NCBI RefSeq assembly: GCF_009834535.1
Contig: NC_045697.1
Location: 90,026,001 to 90,090,000 of the forward strand
From: Camelus ferus
Lineage: Eukaryota
Direction: 5' to 3'
DNA length: 64,000 nt
The first letter of the stretch is position 1. Each line of letters opens with the position of its first letter. Shown here piece by piece: positions 26,352 through 39,460 of this stretch. The position numbers and the translations under genes are program-made. The notes beneath the pieces are model-generated. The model did no database searches. It saw only the letters and a list, made by a program, of their open reading frames with translations, and had not been told where the DNA came from.

Positions 26352-27289
26352 CTGTTATCCAAATTAAAAGTTGAAAGAAACCGAAGATTCCTTGCATAAA
26401 CACACTGAGGGCCTCCCTTCCTGCCATTTAATCTCCATTCTCACCTTCTGCATCTCTGCCCCTTACCTCTAACTTTTATCATGAGTTTTAACCCATTGTT
26501 CTTTCACCTCCCATTTAAACAGTTCTTTCCCCTCCCACTAAAACTTCTATTTTATTGCATTTTCCTCCCCCATTTTCATTTTTCTCTGCATTTATACTCA
26601 GAATAACGAAAAAACTATTAGATCATGGTGTTCTGCCTTAGGAGACCTAGCTTTGTTGTCATTCTTAATACACTTACTTAAGTGTTATACGAGCATTTAT
26701 ATCAGAGAGTTACTTCTTAACTCTGTAGTATAAGTCATTTGCAAAAATAGATTCTTTATGAAATAAAATTCAAATGTAATTAACCTCATGTCTTTCAGCC
26801 ATGAAGACCAAAATTCAAAAGCAAGAAAAATTTCATGTATTAATGAGAAAAGACACCCTTCTTAGCAAAGCCCACCATTCAGCACATAAGGCAATGGAAG
26901 CAAAGATGTTTTGCATATTGCAACTCCAGGCATTTTCATGTGCCTTAGTGGAAATGAAGTATTTTGGATGTAAACACTGAGGATATGAGGTAATCTTTCT
27001 CATCTAGAAGCCAACAATTCAATGAGGAGAGAAAATACACAATACAAATACAGACAATAATTGTGAAAAAAGACTTAGAATAAGAGACTACAGAATGGAG
27101 AGAAAATAAATCCTGCACTGTCAATGTACTGATAAGTATAAAAAATAAGAAAATATACCAAATCTCCCAGCATCTTCCACCAAGAAGAAGATATCAGGCA
27201 GACCTGGAGCCCCAGCAAACCCAGAAAATGAGAAACTACATAAGTATTCTCCTTGTTTGAAGCTCAGTTAAGCACTGAGGTGGGTACTG

Positions 27290-27560
27290 GCTTATTCATT
27301 AATTCCACAGGTGCCTACCATGCAGCAGGCACTGTCCTAGGAAGAGGGAGCTTACACAGCACCTATCCTCAAATTGTTTTCAGACTGTTAGGGGAGATGA
27401 ACACCTGAAGAGATGAATATAACCTAAATGCTCAGTTAGATATATGCAGAGACTGTGTGGGAGAATGTAAGAAGGTCCCCTAAACCTCCATGAAGTTTAG
27501 GGAGTTCTTCTCTGAAGAGGAAGAGAAAGAACATGGAGGGACAGCATGGCCAAATCAAAG
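27290..27560 (-). mobile_element. L2 3' end fragment
   Basis: attcattaattccacaggtgcctaccatgcagcaggcactgtcctagg is the reverse complement of the L2 3' terminus. Confidence 0.65.
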
Positions 27561-28261
27561 ACGTTCCAAAAGATCTGGGGCATTAGAACAGTTATGAATT
27601 GATGTCCAAAGTGCCATCCCTTTTGCCTGCCTTCTCTCTCCTCTCTTCTCCTCTCCCCCACTTCCCTCTCTCTCTCTCTCTCTCCCCCCACCCTCCATAC
27701 CCCACTCTCCCTTACCCTCTCTCAGCTCATTTGATTCTCTTCAGGATTACCAAGCACCAAAGTAAGTGGCAAGGATCCCAGCATTGGCCTTAACTCTGTC
27801 CTCTGGTGGTACTCAAGCATATCTTGGCAAGTATAACGGATTGGTGGGGACGTCTTCCTGGAGGTTGTTTATGTGATAGTTTTGGAATGAGTAAAGGAAA
27901 ACTTGGGAAAAGACAAAATTTTGTGCGTCATGGACATTGGTTATCTCACCAACTCTCGTGGACACCTATCTGAGCCCAAGGGAGGGAAAACTTGTAAGCC
28001 AAAACTCAAGGAGCATTTTCCAGAAAACCCTGACACTCAGAAGCACACAAGAAGTACCACTCTGGTGCCCAGCTGACAAACAGAAGGCACTTCAACTCCT
28101 CAAGAACAAGGATATTAACAGACACATATCTTACAACTTCTTCAAAAAAGAAGAAAGAACATTTTTAACAGGTTATTTATATTATCATAGTCTGAGAGAA
28201 TTTTGCAAAGCAAAAGCCTTTCCCACCTAATGGACTTTCTTTCCTGTGACATTTCTACTGG

Positions 28262-28460
28262 GGAGCTTTCTCAACCTCTGTTTGGACCAGGTAATTCTTT
28301 GTTGTGGGGGCTGCGCTATGCACTGTAGGATACTACTAAACATTCTACAAAGGCAGCCCCCACTAAGATGCCAGTAGCACCTAGTTGTGACAATCAAAAA
28401 TGTCTCCAGACATTGCCAAATGCCTCTGGAGGGCAAAATCACCCCAGTTGAGAATCACTG
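28262..28460. mobile_element. MER20 hAT MITE
   Basis: gtgacaatcaaaaatgtctccagacattgccaaatgcctctggagggcaaaatcaccccagttgagaatcactg, the characteristic MER20 end. Confidence 0.9.
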
Positions 28461-29739
28461 TTCTACAGTAATGTGTAGTCATTTGGTACTTTGATGTCTG
28501 TTGTCCTATGTCACTAATTTTTCCACGTGTCTGTCTCTAATTAGCTACCAGTGATGATCACATAGTAGGCACTCAATAAATACTCATTGATTGAAATGAA
28601 CAAAGCTTCAAAGCAATACATGTTTTTCCTTTTCCTAAATTCTTTAAAGTTGAGGCAACCACATGCTTTCCCATGTGGACCTCCCTCTGTGAGCAAACAG
28701 AACAAGCCAACAAACCAAAGGCAGAATTTGGCCCCAAGAAAGAAAATGTGTGGAATGGAGTTATTTATTAAGAACAATCCAATCTGAGAAACATCTTTAA
28801 AGATAATTTATCTTCCCTTCAGTTGCATCCATTTTCCTCCAGAGAAGCTTTAAAACTGTGTATAAATGTTTGTAAACTTTTGCTTTCTCCATGGTTACAA
28901 ACTATGAGAGCCTATTTATTTATACTGAGAGGTCAAGACTGAGGCTATTACCGACCAGAGACACTCTAAGATAATGGTACTCTACTGATATTATTTGGGG
29001 CAAATATTTGTCAAAAATATAAATTGAAGCTCCTTTAAATGAATCAGACCTTGTATTTCCTTCCTACAGGTCTAAAATCTAAAAAATGTCTGAAAGGAGG
29101 AGAAAAACCACAGGCACAATAACTATGACAATACGAAGCTGGGCAGAATAGGAAGTGAATCATGGGCAGAAAGGAATACAAACATCAGGGAATGAGACAC
29201 TCTCAATGGTATGCCGCGTAGGAGAAGAAAAGTCAAGCTTTGAAACTTTGTACTCTACAAATCAAGGTCTGACAAACGGCACAACAAAGGAGGCTGGTAT
29301 TATGTCCCCTGACTAAGTCTATTGCCCAAATGTTTTGCATTTGAAGGTCTTGAGGCATTTATGAGAAGTTGAATGAACTTTCGTGGTCGGCACAGAAATG
29401 TCGGTGTCTTGAGGCCAGAATGCTTTCAACCTCATCATTTCCTAACTTGAAGACAGGAAACTGGAAAAGCTTCATGAAGTGTAGGGGAGACAGATTTCAT
29501 GTTTAAATGTAACAGTATGTTTCTCAAAATATTTAAACGAGCTAGGGAATAAATCTCTTAACTAGAAAGTTAATAAACCAAATGCATGTGTTTTATCCAT
29601 CTCAGAATCTAGTATACTATTTTCCTTAAATACTTTGTGTAAAAGGGGAGGAAACCCCCCCAAAAAAGAATTTTCTCTTTTTTCCTTTTCACTCACACAA
29701 GGTCGAAGTTTCCAGAGAGAGACAGAAAAGAAAGGGGAC

Positions 29740-29920
29740 CTCACATTTACTGAACATTTACTGCATGACACTTACTGAATCCTTCAAAAGTACCATTTCA
29801 TTGAATCAGGATAATCCTGTGAGGTAAGTACTAATAACCACATTACACAGATTAAGAAACTGATGCCCAACCTATACAGCTAGCAAGTACCAGAATTTGA
29901 ACCCAAAAAGTCTATGCTAT
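29740..29920 (-). mobile_element. MIR SINE fragment
   Basis: taatcctgtgaggtaagtactaataaccacattacacagattaagaaactga...gaatttgaaccca. Confidence 0.75.
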
Positions 29921-31113
29921 ATCTTTATTCTAAGTTATTAGAAAAAAGTGCCAACAAATTTCTGTTTTCTGATTTTTTTTCAGAGAAGTTCAAAGTAGGA
30001 AAAAAAACAAAACAAAACAAAAAAACTACCACAGTCTTAGAATTCAAAGATGCTAGAATTTAATTTTTTTAAGTGTGTCCTAAAAAAATAATACTTTGCC
30101 AATATATTACATTTCTTCTCATATTCTCTTCAAACTCAAGCTAAGGTAACAAATGTATATAATTTTACATCATAAATAACATTTAACAGAGAAATAGAAA
30201 ACAAAACACCTTACTGATCTCAGATGTAACTAAATGTAGTAACTTCTGGCAAAAGTATGCATAGAATTTACCACAGTTTCAGAGGGTTTATTTATAGTTG
30301 AATAACCACAGTTTAGGGAACACTTCTGAAGTACAAATCAAGATATATTTTTTCCCTTTTTGCCTAATTATTTTTGACTTTGAGGCTATCATGATGATAC
30401 TAGAGAAGTAAAAAGATTGTACAAGCTCTTCTGTGCTGAAATTTACAGTGGTTGTACACAATTTTCCTACTACGTACCCCGTGACTATTCATATTGATGG
30501 GTTGATAGGTCTACCTAGCTGATGTACATTAGACCTGACATGTGCGGAGGGAAAAAGAATGGCAAGTTGTCCTATTTCAGTAGGAAAAGAAGTCAGCCAA
30601 TATCATTACTCCAAAAATAATGGCCCACACTCAGAACCTCCTTTCATATTCCAAGGTCTAAAAAAAAAATCTCAAAGATGCTCTTTCCCACTCATTGTAT
30701 ACCACTGCAAGGGGCTCCACTGGTTGGTGCTCTGCAGTGCTGAAACTCTCATTTTTCTGGAAAAAAAAGAGAGGAGGTGAAACATTTGCTACTGAAAGAT
30801 TTTACTTAAAGAAAAATCATATGTTTCCTCCCATTGCTTATATTAATGCATGGTGCATTAAAATTTAGTCCCACAAGTCTTCGTTATTCAGGCATTTAAT
30901 CATATGGAAAAAGTGGTAATTTAATTAAAACAAGCAACATAGGTTAGATATCCCTCAGGATACAAACCTAGGAAAATGATCTAATCCATCAGGTTTCCAT
31001 TGTGAAAATGTATTAATATTAGACCACAAGACCATAGCTGAAAAAAATGCTGCTCATTTACAACGCAGTAATCTGACACAGAAACAACTTGAGTTTAAGA
31101 AGCCAAAGCATAC

Positions 31114-31263
31114 ACCGTTCTTTCTAGAATGAGTGGAGAGTTTGTAAAAGACTGCTGCTCTGCTGTCACAGAGACTAAGCAAATGCTGTAGGAGATGCAT
31201 TTTCAGAGACCAGAACTCTGCTATGTTTAGAATATAATTGCGGGCAGCTTCCATTATGATAGC
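31114..31263 (-). CDS. Candidate coding exon, 150 nt, phase 0-0 (AIIMEAARNYILNIAEFWSLKMHLLQHLLSLCDSRAAVFYKLSTHSRKNG)
   Basis: Acceptor aatccattcaatag|gct, donor GGT|GTATGC, open frame (ORF track 31054..31254), helical-looking peptide. Confidence 0.35.
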
Positions 31264-32199
31264 CTATTGAATGGATTTGCAAGATGCAATCTCTTTTCAG
31301 AGCATGATATTCCATCATTTTAAACATGTTACTATCTTTGTTTATAGGAACAGTATTTATCAGTGCTATAGGAAAACAAAATTAATCTCATTTACACCTA
31401 AGCATCTAGTATCTAATTACCCCAAAACTGTTATTGCTAATATGGAGGCTCTCCTTCTCTAATCCCAAAGTCAAGTTTATTTCCATAAACTAGCCAAATG
31501 CCATAATCTCCTTAGTTCTGGGAATCTAAAAAAGAAAAAAAAATTTTTAAAGATCAACCTTAGACCCACAGGGTTCCAAAATAAAAAATGTTTTTAATTA
31601 CCCCCTCTATTAATTTTGCCACAATGAATGAAATCCTTACATCATTCACTTTTTGCTGCTAAACCCTGAAAGTATATGATAAAATTTAAGACTATTGCCT
31701 AGTTGGGTTAATGGTGATGCATTTAATCATAACCAAGCCTGTAATATCTTAGGTTGAACTATTTTATCAAATTTAACAGCTCATGAAAGCTTGCAGTAGT
31801 GATGATGGTTTTTATTGAGTAGCTTTTATTGAGTAAGGAGGACAAGAGAATTTGCCTGGCACATGGGGCACTGATCTGGATAAAAATATCATAAAAGCCT
31901 AAGATACATCTCCTGGATCATATTCTATCCAACATGGACAGTTATATCATAGAAATTTACTAGATCACCCAAGACTACTCATGATTTCTGGTGCTCAGTT
32001 GATACTGTACTATTTCTACCTTAACTAATCTCAGCTAAATCAACATAAAAGGGCATAACCAAGGGATCAGAAGAAATATTACCAAAAAATATGTGCAGTC
32101 TAGAAGAAATGGAATCTCAGAATCAAAAGAAAGAAAGTTTCAAGAAGGATAGGTTGAGCAAGAGCATCAGGGTTCAAAAAGGATAAAAACCAAAATATA

Positions 32200-34890
32200 A
32201 TTATGACCTTGATATGCTGGAGGAGCAACTGGTTCAGGATGGTAGGAGCTAAGGACGCAAAAGAGAGAGTAGTAGGAGCCTTACCTCTAAGCAGTAGGAA
32301 AAGGGAAGATGAGGCAGCATTATGCACCCCTGCGAGTCAGACTAAGTATGGTGGAAATCCATCATAAATGCAAATCCATCTACATTTTTGAAAATGCAGT
32401 CTGACTTCTCTGTGGAGAAAAGACTGTAAAGGGTGAGAGTGAAAGCAGTAAAACATGTTAGGAGGCGACTACACGGGTCGAGCTGAAAGGTAGTACTAGT
32501 TCATCCTAAGGCGGGAGAAGATGAGACAGGGAGAAATTACCAAATTAAGGGAAATATTTTTAAAGTAAAGGCAGAAGGGTTGGATATAGAGAGTGAAGGG
32601 AAGAAAGAAATTAAGGATGACCTGGTAATTTTTGGTCTTAACAACTGGAAAAAGAGTGTACTTTAACTATGGGAATAATTTGGAAAATATCAGATTTAAG
32701 GAGGGTGATAAAGAGTTCTTGGTTGGAAATGTTATGTTTGAGATGTCTGTTAGACCCTGAGGTAGAGGAGTCAAGTGGGAAACTATATCTACAAGTCTGG
32801 AAATTAGAGGAGATGTTAGGGCTAACAATATAAAAGTGAATGTGTATCAGGTTATCCATGATATTTAAACAATGGGAATTAGTGAACTCATCTATAGCAT
32901 GATAGTAGGTAGAAAAGTAGTGGACTAAGCAAGCAGCTCTAGGGCACTCATACAGAGGTCAGGAAGAGGGAAAAAAGCCTGCAAAGGAGAATGGGAGGAT
33001 CCAGCCAAACAGAAAGGAAGAAATACAGGTGCCTGTATGTCCCTGAATCACAGGAAAGAATTCTTTCAGGAGCTATGTCACATGTGGCTGAAAGATTAAT
33101 TAATACAGTGTTCAAGAAATTACTGAATTTTATGACATGAATTCACACATAAACTTTATAAGAACTTACTTAATGACACAATGGGAATAAAATGTTTACA
33201 TAAGTGAATTAAAGCAACAATGAAATGCAGGAAAACTTGACATGATGAATGTTGTGATGCTCTTGTACTGGGATAACTTGAGTAATCTGGAACTATGTTT
33301 TGCAAGACCCATTCTCAGTATGGTTCTGGATTAGAGAGGAACAAAAGAGAAATCTGCATGCAGAATGAAGCAGTAACCATTACTCTCTGAGTTATACGTC
33401 TTAAGACACAAACAAAATTTGTCAACCTGTACCAGCTTGTCCTCACTCTCTTATTCCACATGTAGCTCTTCTTCCTTACTGGCAAGCCCTGCAGATGAAC
33501 AGCAATCCCAGACACAGCACCGGGTCCAGAGACAGTACCCTTCCATGGACTTCTCCTCTAGCTCTGCTTCATGGCCCCACTCTGGCAGCTGGACATGTCT
33601 GGTTTTCCACAAGTCTCTGACTTACCTGTTCACCCACACCAGTGTTACAGGAGAGTGATCAGTGACTTTTCTAGGATTCTCCAACTCCTCTTTTTGTAGT
33701 CTTGTTTCCCAGCTTCTCCCCCTATAATTCCTGTAATTAATTCCCACTCTATAATACTCATTCTATCCCTGAGTATGGGTATAAAATCGGTACAAGTACA
33801 AAACTTTTCAAGAAGTTTTGTTTTAAAGGGAAGGAAAGAAATATAAAACAGCTGGATGTAGATGTATAGTCAAGGACAGGTTTATTTAATTTTTAAAATC
33901 AGAATTATTATGGCATGTTGGTATACTAATGGGTTGAGTCAGTAAAACGGAGAAATGGATGATGCAAGATATAGAGGAGGCAATTCAAAAGTAAAATCCT
34001 CAAATAACATATGGGGATATAACAAGGGAATGATCTTAAATAGATTCTGAAGCAGTTCATCATCATAATGAAAGGCTGAGGATATGAGCACAAATACAGG
34101 GAAACTGATAAACTAAAAGATAAAAAATTAAGATGATGTTTGTGTTCTGTTGCTATATTATTACCTGAGAGTAAAGAACAAGAAATGGATGTTGAAGGTA
34201 GGACAAGGAGAAACTCTAAAAAAATGCTGAAGCATAAGGGAAACATTGACTAGGGAAATGTAATAGAACAGCTGGACAGAATGGAGGCAAAGCTTGAAAT
34301 CTGTGAAAAATGAGACCAGTCCAGTGAGTTTTCTGCTTGGTGATTGGTCAGTTTTTTTCAACATGTCCATGTGTTGGTTACAGGTGTGGAGCAGAAGACT
34401 TAGGTTTAACCGTGATGGGGGTTGGTAAATTTAGATGATGGGGAAACCTGGGTGCATGCAAGGTAACGATTTTAGTAACAGGCTCTGAGCATAGAAAAGG
34501 GAAAAATGAGCACATGATAAAGAGTATGATGGAGACAATAACATAAAATTTCTCAATTAGGCAGAATTCATCCAGTGAGAATATTAGAGAAAATGAGCTG
34601 TAAAATTAGAAGAGTTAATAAAAAATGGGACATTTGACATCTATGTTTTGGAAGTGGTATAGTCTTTGGTAGTAACAAGGTCTATAGTATGACCATAAAA
34701 ACAAGTGAATGAAAAGAAAATTTGCTGGAAGAGGTTATCTGACCAGTCAAGTAATGGAGGTACACTGAAATAGGATAATCATTCAGTAAGTTAATCCTGC
34801 CAAACAGTGTCATAACAGAGAGGGTAACACTAGGTCTGGGACTAGGGTTATGGAAACAAGCCTTCCAGGGTGCAAATTTTAAGGAGACAT
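32200..34890 (-). mobile_element. Long degraded L2 LINE interrupted by an LTR
   Basis: Purine-rich antisense L2 motifs (aaggatgacctggtaatttttggtcttaacaactggaa; gttatgtttgagatgtctgttagaccctgaggtagaggagtcaagtggg; caaaaacttttcaagaagttttg). Boundaries approximate. Confidence 0.75.
33250..33793 (+). mobile_element. ERVL-class LTR nested in L2
   Basis: TG...CA bounded, GC-richer block (ggaactatgttttgcaagacccattctcagtatggttctggattagag...cctataattcctgtaattaattccc); L2 resumes on both sides. Confidence 0.6.
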
Positions 34891-36158
34891 GCACTCATAT
34901 TACATAAATAATATTCACCTAGATATTAGGAAGCATGAAGAACAACAGAAAATGAGTACCATTCATTGAAAGAAATAATGGAATCAAGTAGTTTTTCATT
35001 AAATTTTACATTCCATAATGAACATAATTTAATAAAATCAGTACTATGCTCTTAAAAATTAATATGCTATTAATATGAAGAATACTCAATAAATCAGAGT
35101 TAGTCTAGCATAACATAACTACATTGTTCACACCTGGATTTGAAACAACCTCACTCCCTTCAACTATCGCTCATTGCTTAAGGACGTTTGAGTCGTTAAA
35201 AGCTAAATGTTATGAGCTAAAGCCATTTTCTCTTTTACACCATATAGCAGACTTTTGCTTTTGCTGTTTCCTACTCCCAGACAGTAGATTTAAGAGGTGA
35301 CTTTAAATAACTACAGAACTAAAACTGATTTCATGAATGCTTTCTGATCAATTCTCTTTCTTGAACCTCATGAACCTCTAAGAACTTTCCTAACTTTACA
35401 TTCCCTCAAATATACATTTACCATCTCACTCAAATTCATCACTGTATTCCTGACATATATATTAATCTGGGAAGAAAGGAACAATGAGGGTATTTCACTG
35501 ACACTGAAAAAAAATGTAAGTTACCAATCATAAGAAAAAAAACTATTAAAACAGATGATTTGGTTTCCTAAAATGTGTTCAAAATTCTCCTGAGAACTCC
35601 AGACAGACTAATAAAATAATTGCTTTAATTTTCCAATTGAAGAGAACATTTTTATTTGTAAATACCTCTACCTCATTCAGGCTTTTGTTTCCACCTAAAT
35701 TCAACTTGATGGTTCCTGTCCCATCAAATACAGTGCGAATCTGCACTGCTTTGAGAAAAATAATGACATCTTACAGTCCAATCTTCCATTTCAGAGCAAC
35801 CATCATAAAAAGCTCCTAATACCATCAACGTAATTTAAAACTATATAAACGTCAGTGTATGTAATGAATGGCTAATACTACTAATGGCTTTAGTAGTTAA
35901 CCCAAAAAGGCATTGCCCCCTACTTTTAAAAAGACATAAAGATAGAATCTACTATGCTAAGCCAAAACATGTAATCATGAGTGATGTTTGCCATCCCAGG
36001 GATGTAATTAGACTCCTTTAGAGACTGAACAAAGGCTTAAAACTACCACCTGAAATAATTACTCTAAAGGTCAAAGAAATTAAAAACACTCAAAAATCCT
36101 ATTTGGGTTAGACCTTTATGAGACCAGTTTAATGTGCAATTTGATTGAAATAAGGGGA

Positions 36159-36610
36159 AGTATTAGTCCAGGTCCTCCTAGAGAGCAGATCCAAGATGGG
36201 ATTAAACATGTAAGGATTTTATTAAGGAAAATGTCTGTGTGCGGAGAAGGGGAGGGAGCAAGGGGAAGCTGGAAGAGGCACCAAGACCTGATACAAGCCT
36301 GATTCCAAGTGAAGGGGAGACAAAAGGAAGGTTTGGTGGAAGCATCCTAGACTGCCCTGCAGATCAAGGAACCTTCAACAAGACTATCAGGGAGTCTGAG
36401 CCACAGTCACCCATAAGAGAAGTCCTGTGTCTGCAAGGAACAGGCCTGTCTTAGTGTCCCTCCATGCCGATACAGACTAGCAGGAGCCCATGGAGAGCAG
36501 GGCCTCTGTGAAAATACTTTCAAAGATTTCAGAGCAGGGCACCTGGGGCTTTCTGTCAATTATACACCTGCAGTTGGAGTTCTGTGAGGTGCATTTTCAT
36601 GGCTGCCAAA
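36159..36610 (-). mobile_element. ERVL solo LTR, LTR16-like
   Basis: gtattagtccaggtcctcctagagagcagatccaagatgggattaaacatgtaaggattttattaagg...gcattttcatggctgccaaa. Confidence 0.8.
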
Positions 36611-37451
36611 GTGGAGACATAACCAATATTCTACTCAATATCTGACTTGTACCTACATTTTAACCTCACAAGTGTTTTATGTCTTTTTTAATAGATTGAT
36701 ACTGTTAATGAGAATGATCACTGAAACAGCAACAGACTATGCATATCAGGCATACAAATGTAATGAAGATTTTAATCAGGAATTCAAAACTGGCACCCCA
36801 GTCTTATTTCTGCCCAAATACATAACTTTGGTCCTGGTTTAAAATAAATTACTCTTTTTTTGTTTTTACTCAGTTACAAAGAGTTTCTTCAACCCTCTTT
36901 CAGATTACAAATTTATATATTAGTATGTTTTAGTATAGAGTCTTTGGATCTACTTTGTTCATTGTCTCATTTAAATTTCTATGTAAAAAAATTTTCCCAC
37001 TTCATTTTTCCTAAATAATCTTAAAACTTATCCGTGTGCTGAATTGTCATTAGAAATATTTAGCAATACATCCTTCACAATCCTGAAGTTCAATGTAATT
37101 TCTTTGCCATTTTCAAAGTAAAGTAATAGATAATATCAACTATTTACACATATAATTTTAAGTTGTAATATACAGACAGAAATGAAAGTATTTCTAATAA
37201 ATAAGTATATCAACATAAAATGTTGTGAATAACTATCCTAAACCAAACCATGAAGTAGTTAAATGCTTACACCTACTTAAAATGACTAATTTTAAAAGTA
37301 AGAAAAGAAGAAAAGCCATTCTGTACAAAAAGTTTGGGAAATTAGAGTACTGATATAAACAGTAGAATAAAACTCATGTAAAGATAAATTACATAATCAC
37401 TTTCATTTGTACATGATCAGAGGAAAAGACACCGAGCAAGACAGAAGTAAC

Positions 37452-38500
37452 ATTTAGGTCTTTAATCCATTTTGAGTTTATTAAATGTTCTAACTTTATT
37501 CTTTTACATGTACTTGTCTTGTTTTCCAAGCACAACTTACTGAAGAGACTGTCTTTTCTCTATTGCATATTCTTGCCTCCTTTGTTGTAGATTCAATGAC
37601 CAACAATTGAGTGTGTGGGTTTCCTTCTGGGCTCTCTATTCTATTTCATTGATCTATGTGCTAGTATCATACTGTACTGATGACATTAGCTGTGTAGTTT
37701 AGTCTGAAGTCAGGGAGCATGATATCTGCAGCTTTGTTCTTTTTTCTCAACATTGTTGTGGCTATTCAAGTACTCTTGTGCTTTCATATATTTTAGGGTT
37801 ATCTAGTTCTATCACAAATGTTATGGGTATTTTTTAGGAATTGCATTAAATCTGTAGATTGCTTTGGGCAGTATGGACATTTTAGCAATATTAATTCTTC
37901 CAATCCATGAACATAGGATAATTTCAGTTTGTTTGTATCATCCATCTTCTGTTCCCTTCATCAATGCCTTAACAGTTTTCAATAGCTTTTGCCTCTTGGG
38001 TTAGATTTAGTCTTAGGTATTTTATTCTTTTTGATGTGACTTTAAACAGGATTTCAATCTGCTTCCTCTACCTTACTCCAAGGAATAAGCAAGCATGTGC
38101 ACACTCTCCATGAGTGGGGCTCAGTGTCTTACAGCCCTCTTGTAAGTCCCACTGGTTTTCAGTCCAGTTAAGTGGACTCATCTTCCCAGTATCAGACTCC
38201 AGGATTAGTGTGCTCAATATGCAATCTGAACACCTCATTACCCAGGGAAGATATCCAAGCCTGTGATATTCCCTTCGTCTTCTGTGTCCTGTCCTAGAGG
38301 TGTGGGTCCTGCCCCGATCACTTCTCTTCCCTTCCTACATGACTCCATGTGGATCTTTATTTATAGCCTTGATTGTAGAAGACTCTGCTTCTCTCCAACT
38401 TGTTTTCCGTGAAAATTGCTCCACATGTAGATTTATTTCTGATATGTTTGTGGGGGTAGGTGAGCTCAGTATCTTCCTACTCTGACATCTTGATCTCCTC
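37452..38500 (-). mobile_element. Internally deleted L1: 5'UTR (about 38055-38500) joined to an ORF2 fragment (about 37452-38050)
   Basis: The ORF2 part is homologous to the L1 at 54680-54960 (gtctttaatccattttgagtt; gaagagactgtcttt; tctgaagtcaggga). The 5'UTR begins ggaggagatcaagatg on minus. Confidence 0.85.
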
Positions 38501-39460
38501 CTCCCAGATTTTTAGAATTTTAAACAATTTACTTTGGAGAGCCACCTACTATGTGCAGAATGAGATTGTTACACAATATATTAATTAATCTATCAAATGG
38601 TAAATCATATTTCAATAAAATTAAAAATAACAGGTCATTAATTTGTTGAGTCTTTCACTTACATTCCTTAGGTCAAGAGGTTTCACAGTATAAGGCAATG
38701 AATTCCTAAAACATCTGGTGCTAGTGTTCTAAATGTACTGAAAACGTATATAGTAAGCAATCACACTTTGTGCTATGCTTCTGGTGTAAGGAATGGCATT
38801 GGAAAATTTTTTTTCTGTGAAATAACTTTTAAATATTTTATATATTAGTAAGACTTTAATGTCATCATCAATAATTTTGAAAACACATTTACTCTATTAC
38901 TATTTCATTGCTTATGAACATCTTATATGCCAAAAACAAAACTTCATTATCAGGGTGAAAATTCACTTGACTACAATTCATTCCATAGATATATTTCAAT
39001 ATTTTTCACCATCTTGACAATATTAGTCAAACACCACGCATAAATGAAATAGACAAGATTATTGTATTTGATCTCTGTCATTCAATAGAAAAGTGATTTT
39101 TCATTTATATTATATCAATTACAGCATTTTGCAATTCTTCAGGCTATCCCATATAAGACATCATGTTTATCCTTCTATTTAGAAGATTTTTAAACACTCC
39201 AAGGAATAACCTTAGCCTTCTGATGAATCAAATATCTTACACATATTCCAAGATTATTAGCATGATTCCTTCTAAAACATTGACTTAATTTTGGCTATTT
39301 CACTGCTTTATTGGGAAAACCATGTATTGGCATGGTAAGCATGTTGATAATTGTTCAGTTGTGGGAAAAGTCAAAAAATCCATTATCAATATTCAACTGA
39401 AATACTATCAGTACTTCTCTATATCTGACGTTTTAAAATAATGAATAAATGGAGACATAT

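Noticed and set aside
31811..31836. Short tandem duplication ttttattgagtag
   Set aside because: Ordinary slippage duplication with no further structure.
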